The notes below the pieces were generated by a model. It had not been told where the DNA came from. It saw only the letters and a program-made list of their open reading frames with translations, and did not search any database. Of a stretch of 64,000 nt of DNA, positions 23,812-36,532 are shown in pieces; within the stretch, counting starts at the first letter, position 1, and each line of letters starts with the position of its first letter. Origin of the DNA: Schmidtea polychroa (taxonomy: Eukaryota). Position numbers and translations under genes: made by a program. The DNA lies in contig CM097885.1 in NCBI GenBank assembly GCA_044892525.1, positions 184,636,001 to 184,700,000 on the forward strand, given 5' to 3'.

Positions 23812-26800
23812 CATCATGCAGCTTCTTTATCAATATTGTTTGAGAAAAGGATATTATCAGGTAAGTCCCTGGTAATAATTTCATTATTTAGCGGAGATAG
23901 GATTGCCTCTTGGGTATCCAGGATGTCTGTAAAAACATTATTTATATTATTATTAGTTACCTTAGAAGAATTGATGGGAGTAATAGAATTGTTGTTTTCA
24001 GGGGTGGGGTGATTATTCTCTATATGATTTTTTGTATCAGCGTAATTTATCCACTCTCCACAGAAACAGTATATTCTACGATTAATGTCGAATTTGAGGT
24101 TTTTATGATTTTTAAAGATATGGGACATAATAGTATCTAGGGGAGTATCAATGTCAAATGAGTCAAAGCATTTGTTGCAGTTTTTGTTCCAGAATTGGCA
24201 AGCAAGGAGATTTGAGGGTATAATTTGAAGTGAGACAATTTTTAAGAAGTCCTTACTTACACTACAATGGTGTTGGAACTGAGAGTTGTGGTTAAGAAGG
24301 TTCCTAAGTGTGATAAGATTAAGTGTGGACCTGCTTCCCTCTCCTTTGGGTCTACATTGCAGGCAGTCAATAAGTGAGTCGTATGTGATGGTCATGTTAT
24401 GGGTGTCTTGTGCATGTGAGATGATTTTGTCATGGTCTATAGCAGATATAGTGCCGCAAAAATCCGTGTGATGAACACCGCGGCATTGTAGTTTGCTTCT
24501 CGAGTCAGAAAAGTAGAGTATGTCGTCATTTAAGCTATTTGTTTTAAGGTCTTTAGGGATTTTGGACTTTCTTGGTTTGATTAGATCGTTCGGGGGGACA
24601 TAAAGAGTAATCTTTTTGCCTGCTACTTCCAGGCCTTTCTGGAAATCACTGTCAGTTTTCTGTTGTAGAGGTGTAAATGTGGATGTGTAAATCGATTCCC
24701 CTTTATCAGATGGTAAGGTGTCGTTTTTACGCTTAAGATTAGGCAAGTCAGAATTTGCAAGAGGTATTGCTGGAGAACTGTCTAGGTCTACTTTTTCAGC
24801 TAAGGAGCTGTTTTCAGCTACCCTTTCTTTATTAGAATTGAGTAAGGTTGAGGAGTCATCAAGAGGTGAAGGTCTAAGTGAGAGGTTATAAATTTTGGAG
24901 TCGTCATTAGATTCAGTCAGAAGAGGGTTGTTTTGAGGGAAAGATGTTGGAAGAGGATTGAGGCTATCAGTTAGAGATACATATTCAGTGTTGATACGAG
25001 TAGGTCGAGTATTAAGAAGAGGAGTAGTAGGTTCATTAGTGCTGGAGCTGCTTGATAAGATGACGTCATCGCAGTCAGAGTTAAAGAGATCGCTTGGGTA
25101 TTCAGGAGGTCTTTCTGAGGTGTTAATAACTTCCTCACCATCCGACACAGGGGACTCGATTGTGTCATCAAAGTAACAGCTATAGTGGGATGTGTCGATA
25201 CTGATCTTCGAGTAGGAGGAGTCACTGTCAGGGTCATAAGATAGTTCAGATAAACTAGAGCATGATGGAGTATCTTCTGGGGTGTAGGGAGAGGAGGTAT
25301 TATTCATGTTATTAGATTTAAGATATCTAACCTTTTTAAGGAGTTTTTCATTGGGTCTGATAACCTTAGGACAGGAAAGATTCGGAATAGGTTTGGAGAA
25401 ATGTGGTCTACTACATGTGATTTGATTACGGTAGATTGGTTTTGGCATTTTAGTATCAGGGAGAGTGGACAGACTATCGATAGTTGCAGGACTACAGGTA
25501 AAATGTTTTTAGGAAGAGGGTTAGGGTTGGTGCTGGGTTTACTGGGGTGCTTTGGTCTGCTATTATTTTCCTTAGATACTAGGGATTTACTTGTGGTATA
25601 ATCAGGGTCCACGGTGTCCATAAGAGAGGCATATCTATTATTTGCCATATTATTGATAGTAGTTTTAGCTGGGAGAGTGGGTGAAATCCCGGATGGTGCA
25701 ATGCCTCCAGGTGATGTAGACCTCTCAGTAATAATGATATTGATTTCATTTGAGTCAAGACAATTTGTATTATTTTTGGATAAGTTTTCTGTATCTACAT
25801 CAACTGCAGGGGTCGCCTTCTCAAATAATACTGAGGTCAATTGCCGGTAATTAATATATAGTATATAGAACAAATTTCTAATAATAAAGGAGTTTACTTT
25901 TTTATTGTTATTTTTTAATTGGGTATGGATATCTTTAAAGAGGTATTTATTAAGGTTTATTAAAATGGAATTATAGTGATTAATGAAATACCTATTATTG
26001 TGGTAGGGTATAAGCCTCAGATCAAAAGGTGGTTTGTCGCTATTGGACGGTTCAAGGATATCTATCAGTTTACGGTAATTGCTATTAAGGTCTTTGAAGA
26101 AAGAGATATAGGTAGTGGTTAGCATTTGTGGGTTTGAGGAGTTCATATGGAGAAATTGTTTTTGAATTTCCCTAATGAAATTGGTTCCAATTTCAATAAT
26201 GTTATTAAGGTATTCGGGGTCAGAGTTCTTATGAGAGGCTGTAGGGTAATCATTAGTATTAAAATTTTCACTGAAGGATACAGACTTGTGATGGGCGAGT
26301 CGGCCGTAGGCCGGCGAGCTGCGTGTTTTCTCGTGTTCCTTCGAGATAAAGTGTTGAAAAATGAGTGATATTTAAACAACGAGAAATCTTTGTTTAATAT
26401 CGATAATTTATTTAAATTAATAAAATTGGATATATTTATAATAATAACATTAACTAGCTCACTAGAAAATCCATTAAAAGGGACTTCTGTAGAGTTTTTA
26501 AAATCTAAAATTAATTTTTTAATAATATATTTAATTTTATTTTTAAAAAATTTATCATATTTATTGTTATTTTGGTAGACAGAAGTATATTTGTCATTAG
26601 ATTTATTATTCAAATTATAATTAACATTATTGGATTCATAGTTATCATTATAAGTATACGTATAATTATTATTAATCGGGTTTTCATTATTTAAGTTAAA
26701 TTCAAAGCTATTTAAATTACAATTAGAATTATTTAATCTATAGTCATTATCATAAATTAATTTGCTATTCTTATTATTTAGATTAGAGATATTGCCACTT

Positions 26801-27457
26801 AAATTACAATTAGGGTTATTTAATATATAGTTACAATTTAAATTATAATCATCACTAGTTAAATTGCTATTCTCATTAATTAAATTAAAATCGTTGCAAT
26901 TTACTTTACAATTTGAATAATTTAAGTTATAATCGCTATAGAAATTTTGATTATAATTACCTTTATTTCTATTATTTAGAATGTGAATCCTACGAGCTGG
27001 GCAGAAGGATTTCCACGAGGCATTGAATAGGTCTTTGGGTGTTTCGTCTGTAGTCCTAGCTTCTTTATTTCCATTATTAAGAGTGTGAATCCTACGATCA
27101 GGGCATAAGGATTTCCACGAGGCTTTAGATAGGTCTTTGGATGTTTCGTCCGTAGTCTCAGCTTCACTGTAAAGAGGTCTGGCAGGATGGGCATTACTGT
27201 TCAGGTCCGAGGAAGCATTCGCATATTTGTTCGAGATCTTCCTAGCAGGACAAAGTCTGCTGTTCATCATTTCACGAGTATTCGGTGTCATGGTTTTAGG
27301 AGCGTTTCTTCCAAGTCCGTCAAGAGGAGCTGTAGTAGGATTATGGATTCCAGTTCTAGAAGGGAAATTAGATTTTGTAACATAAGGGTTTTTCTTATCA
27401 GTATCTCCAGGATTGGAGCTTCTTCCATCCATAGCTGCTTCATTGGTGTAGACGGCC

Positions 27458-30400
27458 AAAAAAAAAAAAAAAAAAAATCAAATTTTATTTTATTCAAATG
27501 TAAATAGCTGGCCACTTGGCCTAAGGAGAGATTGATTCTCATCCTTTGGATTCTGAGGCTTTTATTTCAATATTCTTGGGATGTCGGCATATGGATGCCC
27601 GCATCATTCACAAATGTGGTTTCAGGTGGATATGTTTTGAAATCTAAAGTCCTTGATCTATATGTCCTTGAAATTTAGGTTGTAGTAGAGATAAACTGAT
27701 TGTAAATAAGGTTATGCTTTGGTGTACATATATAGATATAGATATAGATATTCTGTAGCAGGTCTCAGGTGATGATAACGGGTTTGTAATAGAGTGGAGT
27801 AATTGGACCGGACTGTGGTGAGATTCTCAGGACTTTCATTTATCGCAAATCTTCTATTGTGGTTGGAGAGATCAGGTAGTAGTTGAGATCATTGTAGGAT
27901 GTAGTAGTTGAACCGGAGTGCGAAGAGATTCTCTGGATCTTTTTATATTGTATGGCAAATCTTCTTTGTGGTGGGAGAGATCGGGTATCTGTTGAGGTCA
28001 TGGGTTCCGAGGTTTGGTCGCAGGTTGTTCAATGATGTGGTAGATATTTGTGGATGTCAGCCATTTGCAGTGAGCATAGGATCGGTGGGGATATTAGTGT
28101 GTTCCGGAATTTGATCATAGGAGTGATTCAGTTGTGATTGGGTTACTAAAATGTAAAATGTTGGAGCAGGAAGGCTCCCTTGCGAGGTTTATAGCGATAA
28201 TAGCTACTTATTATAGTATACATTAAAAGGAGGTGGTGGAGGTTGGGGTAATAATAGTAATATTGGAATAATAGGAATAATAGTAATAATAGTAGCAATA
28301 ATAGTAGATCATAGTATAGTAATAATGATTATAATATTGATATGGACAACTAGAAAGATCACCAAATAGGCAGAACCCCTACAAGGGTTCCTACATTAAC
28401 CCATTCGGTGATTGACAATTACAATTAGTACCGTAGTGATAAATAATGATATATATAGTAATNNNNNNNNNNNNNNNNNNNNNNNNNNNNNNNNNNNNNN
28501 NNNNNNNNNNNNNNNNNNNNNNNNNNNNNNNNNNNNNNNNNNNNNNNNNNNNNNNNNNNNNNNNNNNNNNNNNNNNNNNNNNNNNNNNNNNNNNNNNNNN
28601 NNNNNNNNNNNNNNNNNNNNNNNNNNNNNNNNNNNNNNNNNNNNNNNNNNNNNNNNNNNNNNNNNNNNNNNNNNNNNNNNNNNNNNNNNNNNNNNNNNNN
28701 NNNNNNNNNNNNNNNNNNNNNNNNNNNNNNNNNNNNNNNNNNNNNNNNNNNNNNNNNNNNNNNNNNNNNNNNNNNNNNNNNNNNNNNNNNNNNNNNNNNN
28801 NNNNNNNNNNNNNNNNNNNNNNNNNNNNNNNNNNNNNNNNNNNNNNNNNNNNNNNNNNNNNNNNNNNNNNNNNNNNNNNNNNNNNNNNNNNNNNNNNNNN
28901 NNNNNNNNNNNNNNNNNNNNNNNNNNNNNGTAATAGGTAGTTAGTTATTTATTTATTAGTTGGCTATAGTAGGTTAGTTATTTGTAATTATTTAGTTATA
29001 GGTTTTGTAAGGTTAATCCAAAGGAGGTTAGGCTGCTTTAGTTGTGGATATAGTTATATAGTATTGTTTAGTAGTTTTACAAGACAGTTTATTTATGAGC
29101 TATTTATAGTATAACGATAATGTATAATATATAATATGGTAATGCTTTGTTTAGGTAGGTATATATAATAGTAAAGTATTAATCCTTAAGGGTATGTTCT
29201 CTAAGTATGTGGTAGCTACTCACCACTGCAGCTGTGCAGGCTTTCTGTGACAGTCCTTTAATTTCAGATTTAGAGAGTCCTATTTTTCTAAGTATCTGGT
29301 CATTGTTAGAGTCCCAGGAGCCAAGGGTGCCAATTACAAGTGCGGAGATGGTGGTTTTGACTTTATGTGCCTTTTCAATTTGAATAGCCAGGTTGGCATA
29401 TTTTGCATAGTTATCATTGGTCACCCTTTTAAAGTTTTCTCTCTGTTCATAGGGGACTTTGATATCTAGGATGTGGTTATTGTTGTTCCTCATGGATCTT
29501 ATAATGAGGTCGGGTTTGAGCAGAGTGGGTATGCCAAGAGGAGTTATTTCGATGTCTAAGTAGAAGTTGAGGTTAAGGAGGAATTCACTAACGGCATCTA
29601 AGACCCGGGAGTGTTTGTTTCTACGCGCGTTTATCTTTGCTGGACAGTGGTTAAAGATATGCGCTTGGGTTTCAGGGTGTGAGTTACATTGTCTACATTG
29701 TATAGATTTTTTGGATTTAAGTCTATGGGGCGTAAAGTTTAGTTCTAGAAGGTTGTTACGTGCTCTGATAAGGAAGAAGAATTGGGCATCGGTCAGAATA
29801 TCGGTTTTTATGAGGTAGTCAGCTGTGGTGCTATTACAAATTGATTTTGCAATATGGCCTTGGTACGTTAGGAGGGCCCATTTTTCAGTGTGTATGAGGC
29901 TAATGATGGAGTGAATTTCAGAGGAGATAGTGAGAATGTGAGGTATCTATACTAATTTTGGAGTGTTTCGAGGAGGAAGTGTCTATTTCAGAGTCATTGG
30001 GGATTGATGAGCTGTAGGTTGATGAGTTGTCCTCATCGATATTGGAAGAGACTGAATCGTACTTTGTGTTGAGAACTTTTGTTCTCTGTACTTTCTTGAG
30101 CAAGTTTTCATTAGGGCGAATTTCTTTTGGAGCAAATGGGTTTGGAATTGGTTTTGAGTAGTGTGGTCTATGCGAGGTGTTGATGTTAGTCTTTTTGCTA
30201 GTGGACTGAGTGTCAGGGTTGTAGCCTAGTTTTCTCGGTTGTCTTGGAAAATTGACAGATGTCTTAGGAGGTTCATTAATTTCATGACTATTGGTTTCAA
30301 TAAGGGCAGCACATCTATTATTTATTAGTCTATTATTCAGGTTTTTATTCTTCTTATGGGGGTAGGTGCTTTCAGGGAGAGTGGATACCATATCAGTGCT

Positions 30401-32198
30401 CAGGATGCATTCAGGGGGTTCATTTCTGACAACGTTCACATTGGTGTCATAAGTAATCTTTGAATTATCAAGCGTCCTTTCAACGTTGATATTTAGTGGG
30501 ATCTTGGGTAGTTCCCCCCGATTACTGTTATAAGCTTTATTTATTATATTATTATTAGATAAAATATTGGCAAATAGATATGGGGTAAATTGTTTGTAAT
30601 TTATTGATAAAATGTAAAAAAAATTTTTAACAATATAAAAATTATTATTTCTATTATTATTTTTTAAATGACAGTGTAAGTCCTTGAATAGGTTTCTAAT
30701 TAAATTTTTTAGGATGTCATATGAATTTTGATTTATTTTGGTTATCGTATTATATAGGTTGGGTATTAAGTTAATATTGAATGGCGCAGTTTCTTTAGTA
30801 TTATAGGTATTTAATATATCTATTAAAATGAGGTAATTCGTGTTGAGGTCAATAAAAATGGATCTATATATTTGCGGGAGCACTCTTATATTATCTTGTT
30901 TAAGGAATATGAATTGTTTAGTCAATTCTCTGAAAAAATTATCGCCTATATTTCCTAGGTATGTAAAGTTGACCTGAGTCCTGGTATTTGCTGGGTTTAG
31001 AAGGGGTTTATCGATGGGATGTGAAATAGGTTTAGAGCTAAGGCTGGTATTCTTATTAAGGTTTAAGATTTGGGCATACTTCATAGTTGGGACACGGTTG
31101 GGTGTACGTTTATATGGGTCAATAGTTGGTCTAGTATTAATATTCTCTGGGAGTCGGCCTCGGGCCGACGAGCTGCGTAGCGGCATACTTTCGTCCTCCG
31201 AAGGAGGACGAAAAATTTTTTTGCTTTCATAGTTTCTGGAATAATTTTGGTCTTTTTTAAACAAATCTTTTTTAATTAAATTATCGCCATTTTTAAATTT
31301 ATTTAATTTGGTATTTATATTAATATTATTTAAGTTACTTTTTTCATTTAAAAAATATGATTTTATGTTTACGGATTTATTTTTAAGGTTTTTCTTTACT
31401 GGGTTTTTATAATTATTATTCTTAATTTTATTTTGATTAAAAATTTTATCTTTATTAAATTTCACGTGTTTATTTCTATTATAATTTAAATAATTATGTT
31501 TATCAAATAGTTCGTTTTCATAAAATGGGGATTTATTTCTGCTTTTATTTCTATTATCATATACATTTAAATAGTTAATTCTTTTATTGGTATTATTTTC
31601 ATTAAATAAAGAGTTATAATTTTCATTAAAATTATCTTTACTATATATTACATTTTCATTAGTTCTTTTATTATTATGAATTTCATTTAAGTAATCATTA
31701 TTATAATGCATTATATTTTCATTAATTCTATTATTAGTATGAGATTCACTTAAATAATTATTTCTATTATACATTACATTACTATTGAAAATAAAGTTAG
31801 AATTGTAAAGATAATTCTGATCATTAGTTACCTTCTTTTCCCATGTGTCCTTTATTCGAAATAAGGTGTTTATGAATTTATTGTGTTCATTTTGGTTGAT
31901 AGGCATGCCTCTGCATTGGGGCATAACCAAGCAGTAGGCGTAATTGAATGCTTTCAGACTGGCCTGTTGAATCTTGTGTCCAATTCGGTTCCAGTATTCT
32001 AGTAGTGTATCGTCAGTTAGATATATCTTTCCTGAAAGATAGTTAACGAGTTGATTAAAAATAGTGAACTCATGGATTTCTGCCCAGTGCTATTAATGAT
32101 ATATAGCAGTATTTCTGCTAAGCACTGGGTAACGGCGGGTGACAAGTAATTGAAAGGATTTAGAGTTTGAAGATGCATTATAAAAATTTTCCTTCCTA
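27458..32198 (-). mobile_element. RLE-type non-LTR retrotransposon B, sister family of A, internally deleted (no RT)
   Basis: ORF1-like part (29929-32090) homologous to A is joined directly to ISSEIH..CCHC-RLE (29179-29928); 3' UTR shares conserved islands with A; T20 tail. Confidence 0.9.
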
Positions 32199-34006
32199 AA
32201 TTTTTCCTCCCAACTTTTACCAGCTAAATTTGAATAATTAATGACATTTAAAATTTTTACCTCGTTTTTATATCCAGGAATTAAACCACAATCGACCAAG
32301 AATTCCTCATCCACTAATTGACCAATTTGACGTTGTATGAATTTTATTTGTACTTCATTTCCTTGGTATTTTGACATAATAAGCTTTTTCAAATCTTTTA
32401 TCTGTCCATCTGGTTTAATAAAAATTTGAAATTTTACGTCATCTCCATTGGTGGTTTCTACCAAAATATCAGGCAGACCTTTTGTTAATCTCAAAGCTTT
32501 TCCAAATATTTTCATCAGTTTGGCAATTTCATCATCTTGAAATTTATTGTAGACCTTTGAACATAAATTTAAAATATTTTTCAACTTTCTTTGGCTGAGT
32601 TGCATTTGAGATAGTTCACTAATCCACTCTTTCAATTTTGGATTATTTGTTTCCATTCTCGTATACCATCTTTCTATTTTATTTATCAATAATATAGCTT
32701 TTTCATTTGACAAGTCATTTTTCGCTTTATCTCCAAGACTTTCTTTTTCATCGGTTTCTTTTTTGTACACCATACAAGAATCAATTTCCTCCTCTGATTC
32801 GAATTTTGACATTAGTTTGTTTAATTTCTGTCTCATTTCCCGGAATTCATTTTCCATTTTCTCTTTGAACTCGTCCTTTTGAGCATAGGCTACATTAGCG
32901 TTGGATGATTCATCCTGAAATCTAATAGATTTCTTCAGTATTGGTCTGCTGAATCTTTCTGCTTTCTTTGGGCATGATCGAGCCATGTGGCCATAACCTT
33001 TGCATGAATGACATTGAATTTGTCCATTTGTATTTACTTTATCTCGTTGCGGTGACGGAGATGTTGATGGTGATCGATTTTTAGAAAAGCAATTTCTGCT
33101 AATGTGACCCGTTTTCCCACATCGATAACATTCCAAGTTGCTCTTGTTTGGTTTGTTTTCCACAAATATTCTTTTAGGACTACTATTTCTGCCATATTTG
33201 AACCAACATTGGTTTGAATAATGTCCGATTTTTTTGCAGTGCTCGCATACGACACTATTTGATCTCTCGGTTAGCTGGCTACCAAAAGCTACTTTGTTAG
33301 TTTCTATCTTGGTACCTAATCTGGGAGAACTGATTGTTTGGATTGGTCTCTTGGATTCCCATTGATTTCTGACAGGTGTTATCGACCTTTCTCTCCTTTC
33401 AATATTTGCTGCGAATGCTTCAGATTTTCTGGTGCTTTTTAAATTCAGTTCTATTTTCATTGCTTTCTTCACAAGTTCATCAAAATTTGCAAAATCTACA
33501 TAACATAATGCCTTCTTTATTTCGGGATGAGCTCCAGTTATGAATTGATCTTGAAGCAGTTCTTTAACCTGCTTCACCATATCAACTTGCTCAGGCTTTG
33601 CTTCAAAGGCTTTATCTGCTAAAGTATTTAAATGGTATGCAAACTCACTTACCGATTCCGTTGGATTTTGAACTCTGTTATAAAATCTCTGTCGCATTAT
33701 CCTTTTGATATCTCCACCTACCAATTTCGTTGCCATTGCATCCTTCAATTTGGCCCAATCATTTCCAACTGTCCTTTTGTCCACTTGTTGCCAAGCTTCT
33801 CTTGCGACTCCCTTTAAATATAACGGAAATCTTTGTACCATTATCGCTTGTGACCATCCATAAGCTGAGGCATACATATAATAATCTCCCATGAAGTCTG
33901 CAAACTCAACCGGATCTCCCCCATACTGATTCACCGGTAATTTTTGACAAATTGCAAAATCAATCATCTCTCTATTGAGAGGCATAGCAGCATTATCATT
34001 TGCCAT
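32199..34006 (-). CDS. gag: Gag 5' portion (capsid-like domain, CCHC knuckles, first ubiquitin-like repeat); 32199-33363 is direct-repeat copy 2
   Basis: ATG at 34006 (MANDNAAM); YGGDPVEF..F, FPLYLKGVAREAW, RVQNPTESVSEFAYHL, DQFITG capsid-type motifs. Confidence 0.92.
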
Positions 34007-34196
34007 TTGTGTTTGTTTCAAACTTCTGAGGTTATATCGATTCACTTTGATCTAAACTTCAAAAAAAAACAAATTAAATTTACTTGTCCTCAGCCAAACT
34101 TTCTATTTTTACTCAACTTCAAATTTTCAATACTTCTCTGTCAATTTTATATCGTGTCGTAAATATCTATTTTCAACAGTCTTTCACCAACGTTAG

Positions 34197-34214
34197 ATCA
34201 CGTCGGGCTCACCA
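34197..34214 (-). promoter_or_regulatory. Primer binding site, tRNA-Trp
   Basis: TGGTGAGCCCGACGTGAT, 8 nt inside the 5' LTR; one mismatch to the canonical tRNA-Trp PBS TGGTGACCCCGACGTGAT. Confidence 0.85.
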
Positions 34215-34222
34215 AAAATATA

Positions 34223-35382
34223 TGTTGGGTTTTATAATAACAAAAGATTGATCGTTGGTTACTCTGACTCCTCGTGTTCAGACAAATCAATAAACTCCGA
34301 TTTCCCAACGTATATTTGTTATTACACTTTACAATTCTCAATCACAACAAATTTCACACAATAATTTAATAATCAAACTTTTTATCTATTCGATCAAGCC
34401 CCACCTCGGAAGTCTCGACCCTGTGCGATCTTGAAAGTAACTATCACCTTTTAATTCCTTTATTCGACTCCTTGTCTTTGATTCGATTTGTTTGACTGTT
34501 TTGAATTCAATTCACTCAACTCTTTGATTCACCCTTTAATTTCCTTGATCTGACTTCTTTGATTCCTTAATTTTCCACGTCTCTTCAATTTCACCCCTTC
34601 TAACAATCTCCAAAACCTATTGTCGATTTCTTCTTCCCTACCTAAGGCTAACGCCAAATTTTCTGAATTTGGAGTCTCCTTATATACTCCAATAATCATT
34701 TTGATTACCAGCGGCTTTCTTTGATATTATTATAAAATAACTGTAATTAATCACTTCTACCGTTCCTTCATGTTATTTCCGATCTTTTTTTATTTACCCT
34801 CACTTATCCTGTTGATTCCATAATAGTTCTCTAAAAGTTAAACTGTTTATTTTTCTCGATTGCCGCGCTCGGTTGTTAAGATAATGTCTCTCCAAAAGTC
34901 GTTTTGTTTGTTTTGATAATCGTTCTCCAACGTTCAGTTTGTTTATTTTCCCTAATAACCGTGCTCGAGGTTTCTTCATCTCTCGGGTTCTCCATTGGCT
35001 CGGACTTCCCATTAGCCCGGGTTTTCCATTAGCCAATTAATTAATGATTTCTGTTTTAACCTTTTTACCTATTTTCAACCCTTTCAAGACATTTTCTGAT
35101 AATTTCTTGCTCGCTATCTTCTTCGCCAATCCCTGATCTACACCTATTCCGTTTTCCAGCTTCGATTTTGATAACTTTTCAATTTATTCCAATTTCTCCG
35201 ATTTGCACTTTTTCTCCATTCCGTATCTGCTTACACCTTTTTCTCGTTCTGTTTTCCTTATGTCTTTCTTTAACTTCAATTCTCTGCTTGATTGCGATTC
35301 TCTTTCGTTCCACTTCAATGTTCTTTTGAATCAAATTAATTCTAATTTAATTTAAGATAATTTTAATTTGACAACCTTAACA
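34223..35382 (-). repeat. 5' LTR (1160 bp)
   Basis: TG..CA termini, followed by the PBS on the minus strand, TAAC TSD at 35383-35386. Confidence 0.95.
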
Positions 35383-35739
35383 TAACTCATTTTTTACTCT
35401 CTCTATTTTAACTTCGCAATTGATTAATTGATTGATTGATTGTACCATGCAAATTTTGCGACGGCAAATTAACCCGCTTCCTGTGATCAGATTAAGCTGA
35501 AAGTTTGCAAGTAGATTCATTGTAGGGAATATAAGATCAAAATATAAGATCGATCTGACCACGGAAAGTGGGTTAATTTTAAATAATATTGATTTGTCAA
35601 AGCTAGTGTCATTTTCTTATTTCAATATAAATTCTTATCTATTCATTGACTTCGGATTAAAGAGATAACGTAATTATATCTAAAATATTTTGAAATTAAG
35701 AAAGTGAAATATAAAGAGTTTCAAAACCATGTTTTTCAT

Positions 35740-36000
35740 GGTTGATTTTTTTATCTTTGTAACTAGCACCTTTCTGTGAATGAAGCAATGGATAGACTGA
35801 CATTTTGGAGCTACGACTTTTATTTTGGCAGTAATTCCTGAGTGTTTACCCGTCATGGCTGTTGCACCATCTGTGTATATAACGACATATTTGTTCAATC
35901 GATGTTGTTGGGTTATTGGGTTGGTGATAAAATTTAGTGTTACTCTGACTCCAAGCGAGTCTTTATATAATTCACAAATAACACTTGACAACAGAAATCT
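35740..36000 (-). pseudogene. Buster-type hAT transposase fragment (catalytic middle)
   Basis: YTDGATAMTGKHSGITAKIKVVAPKCQSIHCFIHR; in this family it directly precedes the fragment found at 7187. Confidence 0.75.
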
Positions 36001-36373
36001 TTGTTGATAATCACAAATAAACTTTCACTTGACACTGACAATAAATTCAACACTCTGCTTGGTGACTATACAATGCTTATTACAACACTCGGTGAGGAAT
36101 AGCACTTATGTATAACACCGGATTAAAAGATCACAAATTACTGATTGGTTTCTAAACTGGGATTCTGAGCTGGTTGTTTTCTTTGACTTTCTTCCAAACT
36201 TTATTCAAATAATCAAATAACTTCTTTTCGTTTTATTATTCAACTATTTCCTTTCTTCAACTCTTCTCCAATAATTATTTTCCACAATTAATTCCTTTAC
36301 AATTATTTTTGACAATTGTTTGTCCAACAACGTTTCGTCCAACGTCTAGTTTTCTCCAATAATTCTATTTCTT

Positions 36374-36532
36374 AAATCGTCTCTCAAATCGTCTCTCAAA
36401 TCGTATCTCAAATCGTCTTCCAAATCGTCTCTCAAATCGTCTCTCAACTCGTCTCTCAAATTGTCTCTCAAATTGTCTCTCAAATCGTCTCTCAAATTGT
36501 CTCTCAAATCATCTCTCAAATCATCTCTCAAA
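36374..36532. repeat. 12-bp minisatellite (AAATCGTCTCTC)n, ~13 units
   Basis: Direct reading of the tandem units. Confidence 0.95.

Larger units (their letters stand above)
18860..27457 (-). mobile_element. RLE-type non-LTR retrotransposon A (NeSL/R5-like), inactivated
   Basis: One ancestral long ORF broken by stops (23814, 22755) and frameshifts (~26145, ~25450-25500): Asn-rich N-terminus, zinc fingers, Ulp1-like domain, RT, CCHC, PD-(D/E)xK nuclease; ~1.7-kb 3' UTR with a gap; T17 tail. Confidence 0.9.
7192..35382 (-). mobile_element. Ty3/Gypsy LTR retrotransposon carrying an envelope glycoprotein, interrupted by non-LTR elements
   Basis: Two 1160-bp TG..CA LTRs, 4-bp TSD TAAC on both sides, PBS, PPT, gag, domain order PR-RT-RH-IN with GPY/F motif. 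Confidence 0.95.

Noticed and set aside
32093-32198. Gag fusion with new C-terminus, nearly in frame with element B ORF
   Set aside because: Product of the insertion junction; two consecutive stops block read-through and a one-in-three frame match is expected by chance.
36346-36531. RDDL-repeat protein
   Set aside because: Translation of a 12-bp minisatellite; no coding evidence.
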